Below are positions 36,522 to 48,900 of a stretch of DNA of 64,000 nucleotides, piece by piece. Numbering within the stretch: the first letter of the stretch is position 1; each line of letters opens with the position of its first letter. A model generated the notes under the pieces. That model worked only from the letters and a program-made list of their open reading frames with translations, did not search any database and was not told where the DNA came from. This stretch comes from Lama guanicoe. Its lineage: Eukaryota. The position numbers and the translations under genes are program-made. The stretch is from positions 231,146 through 295,145 of the forward strand of contig MU054400.1 of the NCBI GenBank assembly GCA_013239625.1, read 5' to 3'.

Positions 36522-37389
36522 CACATCATTTAATGACCGTTTTCAGCTCCCAGCCTAACCCCCTTGCATAACCATAAAAATCCTCAGCCATTTAAGTAGC
36601 AAGGAACCAGGAGAGGAAGGAGAATTAAAGCTGCAAGCACAGGTTTTGCTCCCAGTGTGAAGGAGACACGTCCCATCGTTCTTCCTGTGGGCATCTCGCA
36701 TCCCCTGCTATTCAGTACCTGCCTTGGACATTGCAAGTGTCCTCAGGTAGATCCAGACTTTCCTGACCTTCTGACACATATCAAATATGCCCACATCAAC
36801 TATGGGATTCCTTCTTTGAAGGTCACGTCTCGTTTCTATGTCATAATTGTTTGAGAAAAGAATCTGCAAATAACACTGCTGATTGAGACTGTGCAAGCAC
36901 TGTAACAGGCAGGCAGATTATGACTGGATGGCCCCACCCACAGGCAGAAACAGGTGAGACCCTAGAGAGCTCCAAGCCCCAAGGACGGAAGAACACAACC
37001 TGCCCGGGGATTGAGACAGCTGATGATCTCAGACCCCGTGCTCTTAGGCTAGGTGCTTACCACTCCTCCCCTTTTGAGCCTCCCTTCGACCCCCTTTGAA
37101 GTGCTCCCAACAGGATGAACCATGCTTAGTACTGGTGGGAATTCTAGTCTCTTGTTCTCGTGTAAGGATTGTCTCAAGAGGAAGCCGCTTAGAGCAAATA
37201 CTGCCGGTTGTCTCCACACTTACGTGGCTCCCCTACGTGGGAGAAAGAGTCATGTATCTGATTGATGAGATGGGAAGATCCTGACCTCCACTGGTCCCCA
37301 TTCCCCAGAGGGCAAAAGTGTGCGGAGACAAAGAGGATTCAGACAACCCCACTCCACGGTCCCACCACCCCGCTCCAACAAGTCGTAAC

Positions 37390-37605
37390 AACAGCTATGT
37401 TTACTGAATTCCTGCTGGGGTCAGGAGTGTTCCCTCCACTGTCATACATTTAGATCTCGGAATAGTCCTATGAGGTGAGTCTAAATATCTCCCTTTTACA
37501 GATGAGGAAATAGAGGCTGAGAGAGGGCAGGCCACTTGCCAAGTTGAGGGGTGAGCTGAGTCACAGCTGGTGTGTCTGGATGCAGAGTCTGTGCTTACCC
37601 CATCA
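37390..37605 (-). mobile_element. MIR
   Basis: CCTATGAGGTGAG...CCCTTTTACAGATGAGGAAATAGAGGCTGAGAGAGG. Confidence 0.75.
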
Positions 37606-38860
37606 AACCCGGCTACTTCATCTTCTTCAGAACAGAGAGAATCAAAGTCCCCAGAGATGGGTGTGTGGTGTGTGTGTGTAGCAGGATGAGGATCTGTGCT
37701 TCATCTGGGCATTTCAAATGCTGCAATTCTTCTTTTAAATGCCACTTGTAAGTACTATCTTTCCCCTAAATGAGGCACACAAAGTTCTGGCATCGTAGTC
37801 TACCTGGAAAACTGCAGTGATGTCCTGTGTGTGGGAAAGTCTGTGATCTCAAATGATGGGCTAGTCTTCCTAGAGCCAGGAACTTAGCCAACCAGAAGCC
37901 ATTAGATTGGTGGTTTTCCCTTTGCCTTCAGGGGCTGCAAAAGTATGTCATTTTACAGACATTTTCCCTGCAGCTTCCTAGAGTGTCAGTGTCTTGGTGT
38001 GTGGGTAGAGCCTCCATCATCTGGGCCCCTGCCAGCTGCAGTGTGTGAGGGCTCCTTGGCAGGGACCTGTGGACACTTTTGCTGAGGGGTAATGACACTC
38101 ACAAGTCAGCAAAAGGAAGTTTTCTTTCTTACTTGAATGTCTTAGGAGGAATAAAATCTCTATGAAGAAGACCCTGTGTGGGATGACTTAAGCCACTGAC
38201 TTGACCTTCTTATGGAAGACTCGGCATGTATAATATGTGTGTCCCTAACCGAGTCATCCTAATCTAACGTGTGCATTTTACAAGATAAAAGGCAAGGAAA
38301 GAGCATGAACTAGTGCTGGATGCCGTGGTCCCAGAGTTTAATGGAAAAAGGCTTAGGATCAGGATGTTCACAATTTTTCAGTACTCGCCCCATGATCTGA
38401 AATCCACCGTAATGCTGAGTCAAGAGGATGTGAGCTTGGAGATGTGATTCAGGCATGAGTCAAAGACCGTGGAGGCTGTCATCAAATCTGCTTTTCTTTT
38501 GTCAGGAATCCCGCAGGATGCCCCAGTTGCATGATGTCTGGAATTAAGTTTCAAACAGTAGAGAACTATAGAACTGCTTACATTAGGCATTAGTTACGAG
38601 GCCATTCTCTAAAGAGGCAAGCTTGTTCGGGGACCCTAGCGGTAATCAGGGCAAACAGCGGGGGGCAGGTTGGAAATTTCAGCCTCTTGGTTCACAGTCT
38701 TGAACGTAAAGCGATTAAGCAGCGAGCCCTCAAGTTAATCCTCGCCTCCCGCTTCCAGGGGGGTGTGTAATTATACCACACAGCAAATATGCAATGAAAG
38801 ATCAGTGTTCTCTTCATTTCCTAACAAAAAGTGATTCTTTTCCCCTAGAGAGATTTGAAA

Positions 38861-38877
38861 TGCCCCCTCTGCTGGCA
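38861..38877 (-). promoter_or_regulatory. CTCF-like motif
   Basis: Reverse complement TGCCAGCAGAGGGGGCA. Confidence 0.55.
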
Positions 38878-39741
38878 TGGTGAACAGGGAAGGGCACGGA
38901 TGCTGCAAAGAGAAGGCAGCTGCCCAAGGGAACACACGGAACCCTCCGGCTGGAGGGACCGAAAGCTGAGGCTGCTTCTGGTCATTCCCATCAGTGGGAA
39001 TAGAAGTCTGCAGCATGTTACCAAGAACACTGGCGGGGAGAGGGCAGTGGCAGGAGCAAATTCATGGAGCATCTAAAGATGGTGCGTTCAGCAAATTGTA
39101 GGCAAGGGATTAAGGATTAAGTAATAAGGACACTGAAGAAAGAAGCACATGATCAGCATAAAAATGATACAGGGCAAGTTCTTGCAGGACCCCAAAGGAT
39201 CCCCAAACATAAAAGAAGAAAAATAATCCAGACTTTAGTTACTGGGCTGTCACCAGTTTCCTAAGGAGACGCTACTGAAATTGGTACCAGAATCCATTGT
39301 GTATACTTTATGAAGTTCTAATTAAAGAGTCAGAGTCATTCTGAATAAACCCTTTCAGGTCTTCATCAAATCCTAAATTAAAAAACCTCTTCAGGTACCA
39401 TCGGCTGGAGGCTCCTGACCTGAGGAAACCCTGCTTAGCTCCTGCAGCTCAGTTGTTGGTGCTTGGCCAGAATGGGTATGGCTAAGTAGGCAGCCCCTCT
39501 AACAGATTGCTTTCTAACAAGGCTTGTTTCTGCCTCTCTGTGATACACATTAACCCGGCTAAACAAATTTTAAGATCTAAACATTGCAGGCAGGCTGACT
39601 CTAGGGTTAGAAGGTAGCTGACTCATGACCACATGTGCTATGCCCAGGGCTTCGGGTAAACTCCAGTAGACATCCAATGTGGATTCAGATGTATTAGCTA
39701 TTAAACGCCACCATAGTAATTTATGGGTCCTAAAGGTAGTT

Positions 39742-39972
39742 CTTTTTCTTTATAGTTTATGTATTTTTTAATTTGAAGTATAGTTGATATATAAAGGTAG
39801 TTTTTTTAAACTGAGTTACAGTCATTTTACAATGTTGTGTCAGTTCCCAGTGTAGAGCACAATTTTTCAGTTATACATGAACATGCATATATTCATTGTC
39901 ACATTTTTTTTCACTGTGACCTACCACAAGATCTTATATATATTTCCCTGTGCTATACAGTATAATCTTGTT
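39742..39972 (-). mobile_element. Two adjacent L1 3' tips: a ~50-bp piece (39742-39791) and a young ~170-bp piece (39803-39972)
   Basis: TAAAGGTAGTT repeated at 39731-39741 and 39792-39802; TTTGAAGTATAGTTGAT L1 tip; the second piece matches the reverse complement of about 33715-33885. Confidence 0.8.
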
Positions 39973-40144
39973 CTTAAAGCCACCAAAAGTGATGAGATCC
40001 AAACCCTATGGCCAACCTAAAACAGAACAGCTGAAATATTGCAAATGGAGAAACCAGCAAACTCCAGTCATTCTTTGAGTTTGTTTAGGTACATTCAACT
40101 GGGAGATCTTGCATACTAAATACCAAAGATATTTAGTACAGCCC

Positions 40145-40340
40145 TTTTTTCCAGCTTTATTGAGGTTTAATTGACAAAGCTGCAATATATTTAAAATGTA
40201 GGACATGATGATTCGGTACACATATACATTGTGAGAGGATTCCCACCGTCAAGTCAATGAACATATCCATCACCTCATGTATTTCCTCCCTCCCTTTTTG
40301 GGTAAGAACGCTTAAATTATACTCTCTTAGCAAATGTTAA
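40145..40340 (-). mobile_element. L1 3' end (L1MA-like)
   Basis: TTTTTCCAGCTTTATTGAGGTTTAATTGAC...ACATATCCATCACCTCA...CTCTCTTAGCAAAT. Confidence 0.8.
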
Positions 40341-43300
40341 TTTAATTTAGTCTTGTGTTATCTAAATTGGCCAATTCAGTCATAAGAGCACCCACCGCGG
40401 GTCAAGCTCCCACCCCCAGAAAAATCAGCTATGGCAATGGGATGGGTAATCTAACTGGCTCAACCTGGATCAGGCGTCCATCTCTGGCCACTTGGCAATG
40501 ACCAGAGGACTGAGAACTATAAGAACACAGCAGCTCTCGTTCGAATTGTCTATGTCTAAATTAACTCTTAACAGACAAAATATAAGCATCCACTACTACT
40601 TCCACAGGACCAAGTTCCTTTCACACTTAGAACATTCCAGATGGGGGCATTGCCTAGGAAGGCTGTAACATTTTCCAAATGTATGCAGATGCCTCTGATT
40701 GCAGAGAAAAGCCCGGATCTTTTCATTGTGAAGACTCCTCTGAACTTGCTCACTAGCTGGCCAGAGTCCTCCTGGTCTAGGTTGCTAAACACTAAATCAA
40801 GTCTTTGTTTTCTGGCATTGGGCATGAAACATAAAAAGGAAGAGTACTTATCTCTGATAGGCAAAGTTCCACTTTCAAGCCCCTGAGCTGCCTCGGGGGC
40901 TCTGGTGGAGTGGCAGCCTGTGAATGACAAGGAGAGAGCAGACCCAAGTTTGGGCCAGAAGCCATTGGTCGGGTCACTTGTCTTGGTATTCAGGGACCCA
41001 ATATTTGCACTTGACAGGGCACAGATAGGACCGTGGGGGTGAGCACGCACACCTGAGCTGTGAGATGCCGTGCAGACCCAGGATGGCTGTTAATTCAGGC
41101 CTACATGTGGTCTCTTCTAGAGCCTTTGAGGCTGAGCAGGCGGCCTCACACCCAGGAGATCCACCAGCTTTTAGGCTCCACATGTGTCTGCTCTTCCCAT
41201 GGCTGACCTGAATCCCTCTGGTCCTTGGGATTGAGGGTGGGGGAGCAGATGACATTCTCACCCTTAGTCTACAGTGGGCCAGGCCTCGTCATGCCCGCCG
41301 TTCCCAGGGTGTGGGACGTGGCCCTGGCCTCGGCACGGACGCCCTGCCACCCCAGGACTTGCCGCCTTACAGTGAGCAGGGAGTGGGAGGGCCGGGGGGG
41401 AGAGGAGAAGTTTACCATCTGTTCAATCTGGAGGACACTGAGAGATCAAATTTTTGGCACAGAATGTTACCACAGGAGAATGACAATTTTTAATTTTTAG
41501 CAGTAGGAAAAGCTCTAGACTGGGAGACAACGGACCCGAGTTTTACTGTTGACTCGGCCACTAACTAGCAATGTGACTTTTGAGACCGCAACTTCTCTTC
41601 CACGTCCTCATCTGTAAGAGAGTGATTGGATCCAGTAATTTGTATTTCCTCCTTCCAGCTCTAACCTGGAGGCCTGTGCACAGGAAGGAGTGGGGTGGCA
41701 GAGAGGAGAGCTGTAAAGACTCAGCCTAGATCCGAGGTTCCTGAGCTTGGTCATGCCCCGCCGAGCAAAGAAGACAGAATTTTTCAAGGGGTTCTCAAAT
41801 CCATACACGAGCCAAGCATCATCTGCAGCCTGAATTAAAAATATTTCATGCATATATGTACTGTTTTTAAATTTACAGAGGTGCTACTGGGATTAATTAA
41901 ACACCAATTCATTTTCAAGGTAAATGTTCTTCATTATAAAAATTTTTGTAATAAACAAATGCCAGAAGAACAACTACCATTGTTCTCAGGTAATCTTTGT
42001 TTGTTTGTTTACAAATACTTACAAAATGAAGAACCACTGGTATTGAGGAAAACATACTGCATGGAGAGATTGTTCCCTGGGGATGTATCACCTTAACTGT
42101 TGCCTTTGGATTGTGAGAAATTAACATTAATTTAATTTTTAACAAAATTCTACTTAGCTTTTGAACCCTAATCCCAACATCACCTCCTCTGTGAACCCCA
42201 CCTGCTGGGTCATCACACAGCCCCACCCCAACCGGATTAGATGTAACACCACCAGGAAAACTGACACACTCAAACAAAGACCACTTGACGAAGACTTAAT
42301 AAAGGACGATTAAGGAGGAATTGAGGAATGAGCAGTTTATAAGGAAACTATAAGGGCCAGCACAGTACCCGGAGTGCTGGAGCAGGCCTGAAACCACCAG
42401 AGGCCTGGAAGGCAAAGGGAGGAGCGGCTGTCGGAACCAGGTGGTCGCAGAGTCATGAGGAGAGCGCTGCTCTGAGCTGTGACTCTGCTTGAAGGGAGGC
42501 AGCCAGCCCAAGGCCACTCTGCAGGGAGGAAACCGGGGGACTGAATACTCCACTCACCCTCCTACCCCAACCCCTGTTGTCTCTGGCTTCCAACCATGGA
42601 CTGGTGCAGCCAGAGGCTGGACGACAAGGAAGCTCAAAGCTCACACCTAGGTCAGTCTCCTGGGGCAGACAGTAGGGCAAAGAAGAGTAAAGAAGGGACG
42701 TGGAGGAGCACACAGAAGAGGTCCCCACACCATTCTGTACTTAACCTCTTTCTAGCACTTCCCATATTCAGTGTTCATTCTCTGTTGTCATTTCTATCTC
42801 CCCACTACGCTGCAGGTTCAGTAAGGGCAGGAAACACGTTCTGTTCACTTCCTGCAGTCACAAATCACGCACAGTGTAGATCCCAAAGAAGTATTTGCTG
42901 AGTTTCAATCGGAGGCAATGGTTCTGAAAAACAAGTGCCATATGGCCGGCATGGGTGGCATCTGCTGATGCTGCTGGGTGTTCCTGGGACCCGTGGGTCC
43001 CGGAGCACATCTCCTTTCCCAGAGTGCCACAGGGGATGAATGGAGAAAACTGCACTTTTTGTGTGTTTGTGAAGCTGAGGCCAGCGAGGGAATATGTCAA
43101 GCAAACCTCTTGACTGAAGCTCAGGATTGGTAACACAAGTGATTAACTCTAAGCTCACGGAACGAATCTGAATCTTCTGAAAGTTTCTGACGCGCAACTG
43201 CTTTTTCTCACTTCAAAGTGTCTCCTACTAAATTACCTGTTCTTGTTTCCAGAGTGATAGAACATTGAAGGGACTGGGGACAGTGCATGTGAGAAAGGCT

Positions 43301-45826
43301 CTGTGCCAAGATGCCTCAGATTCTGGAACAACAAGAAGGTCCTGCTGCGAACACTGTGACCACAAGACACAGTGATTCTGGAAGCGCCCTGAGAGGCTGA
43401 GGGATGACCGGGTTCTCTGGACAGAACTCTGCCCACTGCAGGTCCAGTCACACTGACTGACGGGCCTTCTTGCCCTAAACCCCTTTCCTCCGCATCAGGT
43501 TGGGACTGTTTGCAAATGGGATGCCGATTTCCAGCGCAATGACTTGTCTCTGATTCCTGGCTGGGTACTTAAGCTGAGAGAAATGTGACACTGCCGTCAA
43601 GTAACCCAGGCTCAGCCATTAGCTGGCCCCACACACATATTCTCAAGAGTAATATTTCAAAATGCTTTAAATTCCCACGACTAACTTTTGGTCTCATGGC
43701 AGGAAGTGCTGAACGAGGGTGAGAAAGACTCTGTGGTTCTGTGAGAAGGTGGAGGGAAAACGTTTGATGTGGGTGGTTCACACGGTCGCGGTAGAGGAAC
43801 GTTGATCAGAATGAAGCCTCAGAGTTGGACTAGGTCCTGTGCTGGAGAGGGTGGTGAAGACAGAGCTGCTCAGCCTCTCCTTTTGTAGGTCACACCTAAT
43901 ATGTCCACTTAAGACTTCTGCTCTAATCTACCAGTAGATTCATTGCTACAGCAGACATGTTAGCAGCACCCTGACCAAAGTACACTCTGATCAATTGCTG
44001 AAATGCAAAGAAGCCAAAAGTAAGAAAGGGGCATATATATATATATGATGGAGGGAAAAGCCATTACACGTATCAGGGGGCTGGTCAGCAAATATAGAAG
44101 GAGACTCCAGATGCAAACTCTTCTCCCAGCTGTATGCAGAAAGGCACAAACCCTACGTCCTTCTAAACAAATGGCATGAATCAGGCCTCAGCCTGAGGAA
44201 GGGCGGAGGAGAAAGCTCACAGTGCTTTGCTCAAGGTGCTATAGAACCCAAGTAGTTGGGACCAGATGTCCACCTACATTAAAAAGACAGAGGAACGGAA
44301 AACAGAAAGACAGCAAAAATTAATGAGATAGGACAACACTCACTAGGGAAGATCAGCCTAACACTGGTTCTTTGAAACCAGTCTTGAAAAGATTCAAACA
44401 TTCATAAGCCTTTGATAAGATGATTAAGATGAAAAAAGAAAAGGCACAAACAAGTGATATCAGTAATGAAGCGAGAGACGTAATTGTGACATTGTGGACC
44501 TTGAAAAAATAATAGGAATGTATTTATCATGCCGATAAATTTGAAACTCTATATAAAGTCAACAACTCCTTGAAAAATATAACTTATCAAACTAACCAAG
44601 GACAGCTAGAACATATCCTATAACCTCTAAGAAATTAAATGAGAAGTCAAAAACCTCTCATTCTCAAATCCCAGATCTGTTGGTGCTTCACTGGCAAGGT
44701 CTAGGAACTTTTGGGAAAGCCAGTAATGCCATCATACTCAAAGTTTTTCAGAAGGTATAAGGCCTTATATATAACCATGGATCTGACACCTGAGAGAACA
44801 ATGTGAGAAAAAATTTTTCTGGTTAATATCACTCATGAACATATATACAAAACTATTTAAATAAAATTTTAGCAAACTGAACCTAGAAGGTTAGATTTAA
44901 TTCACAAGTATGAAATTGACTTACCATTAGAAAGTTAATTAAAATAACTCATCACATTATTAAACTGGGAAAAAAAAAACCTCATATGATCATCTCAGTA
45001 GAGGTACCCAAAAAAAGTTAACAAAATTCAACATAATTTTATCATAAAAACACTCTTTGCAAAATAAGAAGAATACTCTATTGATATGAAAAGGTTATGT
45101 GCAAAAAAACCACAAAAAACTAGCAAATATCATTCCACACGTGAACTGTTGAATGCATTCCTTTTGAGACGGGAACAAGAAGACAAGGATGCCTGCAATT
45201 ACATCTATTCACCGTTGTACTGAAAGTTCTAGCCAGTGCAGAAAAGCAAGGAAAATAAATCAAAATTACAAGTCTTGAGCAGAGAGAAACCAAATTGTCA
45301 TTATTCACAGATAATATAACTGTGTCCTAGAAATTCAAACAATTCTATAGAAAAATTACTTTAACTAATAAAGGTGCTAGCAAACTTTGGAAACAAAATC
45401 AACTTACAGAAATCAATTGTGTTTTGCCACAATAGTCAAAGAAACAGAAAAAAACTTCGTATCATTGACAATGGAATTTTTAAAGTACGTAATAAAAATG
45501 AGCGAGGCTTTAATAGAGAAAACAATGAAAACTTGATTAAAATACAGTAAGAATAGCTAAATAAATGAAGAGATATAGAATGTTCATGGATTGAAAGACT
45601 GAATATTGTAACTATGTAAATTCCTCAAACTGATCGATAGAGCCAATGCAAATCTAATTACAAACCCCATGTGCATTTTTTAGGATGTGACAAGCTGATG
45701 CTTAAATTTATGTGGAAATGCAAAGAATAACCAAGACACTCTTGAAGAAGATTAAGCTGAGAGAATTTGTCCCACGATATATCAAGATACCAAAAAAAAA
45801 AAAAAAAAAAAAAAAAGACAACAGGG

Positions 45827-45895
45827 NNNNNNNNNNNNNNNNNNNNNNNNNNNNNNNNNNNNNNNNNNNNNNNNNNNNNNNNNNNNNNNNNNNNN
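45827..45895. other. Assembly gap (69 N) flanked by poly-A runs
   Basis: Read directly. Confidence 1.
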
Positions 45896-47036
45896 AAAAA
45901 AAAAAAAAAAAAGACAAAGTCACCAGGGGAATTAACAGAGCCCAGAAGTAGGACCACTTACACATGGACAGCTGATACGTCATAAAATTAGCACTGTGGT
46001 GGGGAAAGGATAAGCTTTACAGTAAGTGATGCTGGGATAATTTGGTATCCACGGGGGAAACTGTGAAAGTGAATCCCTGCCTCTTACTATATACAGATAT
46101 AAACTCCATGTGTATTAAGATCCTAAATGTCAAGTCATTTAAAAGAATCATTTAAAAAGAAAATACAGGAGCCTCTTATGACCTTGGGGTAAGGAAGAAT
46201 TTCTTAAACAAGACATAAAAAGCAGTAACCATAAAACAAAATACTGACAAATTTGCAGACATTAAAACTAAGTGCCTCAAAAGACATCATAAAAAGACAG
46301 TGAAAAGAGCAGGAGATATTTGAAACACACATAACCAGCAAATGACTTACCTCTAGAATCTATAAAGAATCACTAATAAGAAAAAGACAAACAACTAAAC
46401 AGAAGAATGAGCAAAACACCTGAGCTTGCACCTTAGAAAAAAAGGATACCCAAATGGCCAACAACTACAAAAAGCTGATTAGGCATGAGGGAAATTCATT
46501 AAAACCACAGTGAGATACCATTATACACCTATAAAATAGATAAATATTTATAAGTCTGATAATTCCAAGTATTGGCATGGATGAGGAAGAGTGGGAACTC
46601 ATACACTGCTGGTGGGAGATGAAAAAGGAGACCCCTCTGGGAAGCAGTATGACAACACCTAATAAAGTTGACTATGCACACATCCTTCAACACAGCAATT
46701 TTAAACTGGAGACTATACCCTAGGGAAACTTGCACATGGACCCAGGGAGATGTATACAAGAATGTTGAATGTTAGTAACTTTGTTTCTAATAGCCCCAAA
46801 CTCAAATCAGCCTAAATGTTCATGAACAATAGAATGAATAAACAACTGTGGAACACTGCTCATCAAAGAAAACCCAAAGGACTTCAACCACACAGAACAA
46901 ATGGAGGTGTCTCTCAAACAGGATGTTTAAGGAACGGAACAAGTCACCAAAGAAAATACCTATTATGTTTCTATTTTATACAGTTCCAAAACAATAAAAC
47001 TGAACAATATGTTGCTTAGGGATACACACATAGGTT

Positions 47037-47501
47037 GTGTTTCAGTTATTTATGGCTGCCATAGAAACCATGCAAAAACCTAGTGGTTTAAAATGTCAAG
47101 GATATTTTTGCTCACAATTCTGTGGGCTAGGGATTTGCACAGAGCACATCAGGAATGGCTCATCTCTGCTCCATACTGTCTGGAGCGTCAGCAGGAGTAG
47201 CTCAGATATCTAGGGGCTGACTTGTACAGCATGACTGGGGCACATAAGTGTGGAGCCTTGGCTAGCTTGGGCTTCCTCGCAGCATGGCGGTCTGAGTTCT
47301 GAGAAGAAATATTCCAAAAGAACCCATCCCAGTGTTCAAGCACTTATCAAATCTCTGTTTGCACCATGCTTATTACTGTCCCATTGGCCAAAACAAGTCA
47401 TGTGGAGACAGACCCAGAAGTCACTGTGGGAGAGGACTTCACAAGGGCAGAACAGAGGGAGCCATGGGTCACTGGGGGCCACCAATGTAATGGTCCACCA
47501 C
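47037..47501. mobile_element. MaLR LTR (MLT1G/H-like) inserted in the L1
   Basis: TGTG start; CTCACAATTCTGTGGG, GGCTCATCTCTGCTCCA, CCATTGGCCAAAACAAGTCA; ends CCACCACA. Confidence 0.75.
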
Positions 47502-48469
47502 ACCATTCTCTTACTAGCAAAGTAAGAGAATAATTTTCTCCAAAGTAGGGGTTATCTCTTCACAAGAGAGGGGGATACAATTCGGTAGGAGCATAAAGGG
47601 AATGTCTAAAATTCTGGCAACGTTCTATTTCTAAACTGCCTGGGAGTTAACATAAATCTTCCTTTACTCTTCTTTAAAATGTCAATTCCACATGACACAG
47701 CATTATGCATGCACTAAAATCTACGTGTGTTTACGTGCAAATAATTTACAATGTAATTTTTGCATTATATTTTAAAATGAAAAACGGGGAAATATGTATG
47801 TATATTATAAAGATCCCAAATTTGTATCAGAATTGTTGGGAAAAGCCGGAAGTAAATAAACTTCCACACCACAGTGGTTGTCTCACAGTGGTAGCTGAAC
47901 TATGATTGATGTAAATTTTCTTTTTATATTTTTCTATGCTTGCCAAATTTTCTATATTAAACCCATTGCTTTTAGAATCATTAAAACGTTACAGGGCTAA
48001 AAATAAGAATGACGCCTCCCACAAAATGAGGGATTCCAGTAGTCCCTGCACTTCCCTTGGCTGGCTTCACCTCATCATCCCAGTTCTTTTCATCGTGGCT
48101 ACCAGAAGCTAATTTCTGGAGCACAAGGTATCCCAGGCTTTTCAGAACAGACTCTGATAAAAATTAAATCAGAACCACTTGAATTAGTTCTGAGACATGA
48201 AAAGTATTGCCAAGCCCTCGGTTTTGGTGCTCAAATGGGAACTGTCAGGCGGGGAGGGAAAGGGGCAGAAGAGGCAGAGCGTGATGAATTGAGGTGTCTT
48301 GCAGCCTCTCTATTTTGAATTACAAGATACCAAGAATTTGGCAGTGTGGACTTTTTCTGCAGGTCATCTACAAATGTTCCTTCGCCTCTGATTTTATAAT
48401 TGGAGGAAATTAACTCTAAGTCCTATGGGAATTTACAGAGGCGGAGAGGAAGGCAAAGACAACCTAATA

Positions 48470-48900
48470 AATTAAGAGCTTGGACTCTGGTATCCAGCTC
48501 ATGCACTGCATGGCCTTGTACACTTAGCCTCTCCATGCCTCAGTTTCCTTGTCTCTAAAATGGGGACATAATAATGCTACCCCACAGGATTATTGTAAGG
48601 ATTAAATGAGATAAAGCATGTAAAGCCCTTAGCACAGAGCTCGGCTCATCAAAAGCAATCAGCAGTCAGCTATTCCCACCGCCAGCCTGCAGGAAGCACT
48701 CACACGTGTCAGTCAGATGCTTACACAGGACGTGCTATGGGCCAGCACTCCAAGAGCCCACATACACTGACTATTGAGTGTCACATCTAATCCTCATGAT
48801 CCCTGGGAATTAGATATTATTATCCCCATTTCACAGATGGAAAAAAATGAAAGATCTGAGGTTTGTGACCTGCTGAAGGCCACAGAGTTCCTCAACAGTA
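48470..48900. mobile_element. Two MIRs in opposite orientation (+ about 48470-48660; - about 48770-48900)
   Basis: CCTCAGTTTCCTTGTCTCTAAAATGGGGACATAATAAT and TTATCCCCATTTCACAGATGGAAAAA. Confidence 0.75.

Larger units (their letters stand above)
44280..47990 (+). mobile_element. Long degenerate old L1 (L1M-type) ORF2 and 3' UTR, interrupted by an assembly gap and an MLT1 LTR
   Basis: Collinear ORF2 landmarks CATATGATCATCTCAGTAGA, GGAACAAGAAGACAAGGATGCC, TTATTCACAGATAATAT, TGTTCATGGATTGAAAGACT, AAAACCACAGTGAGATACCA; many stops and indels. Confidence 0.85.
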
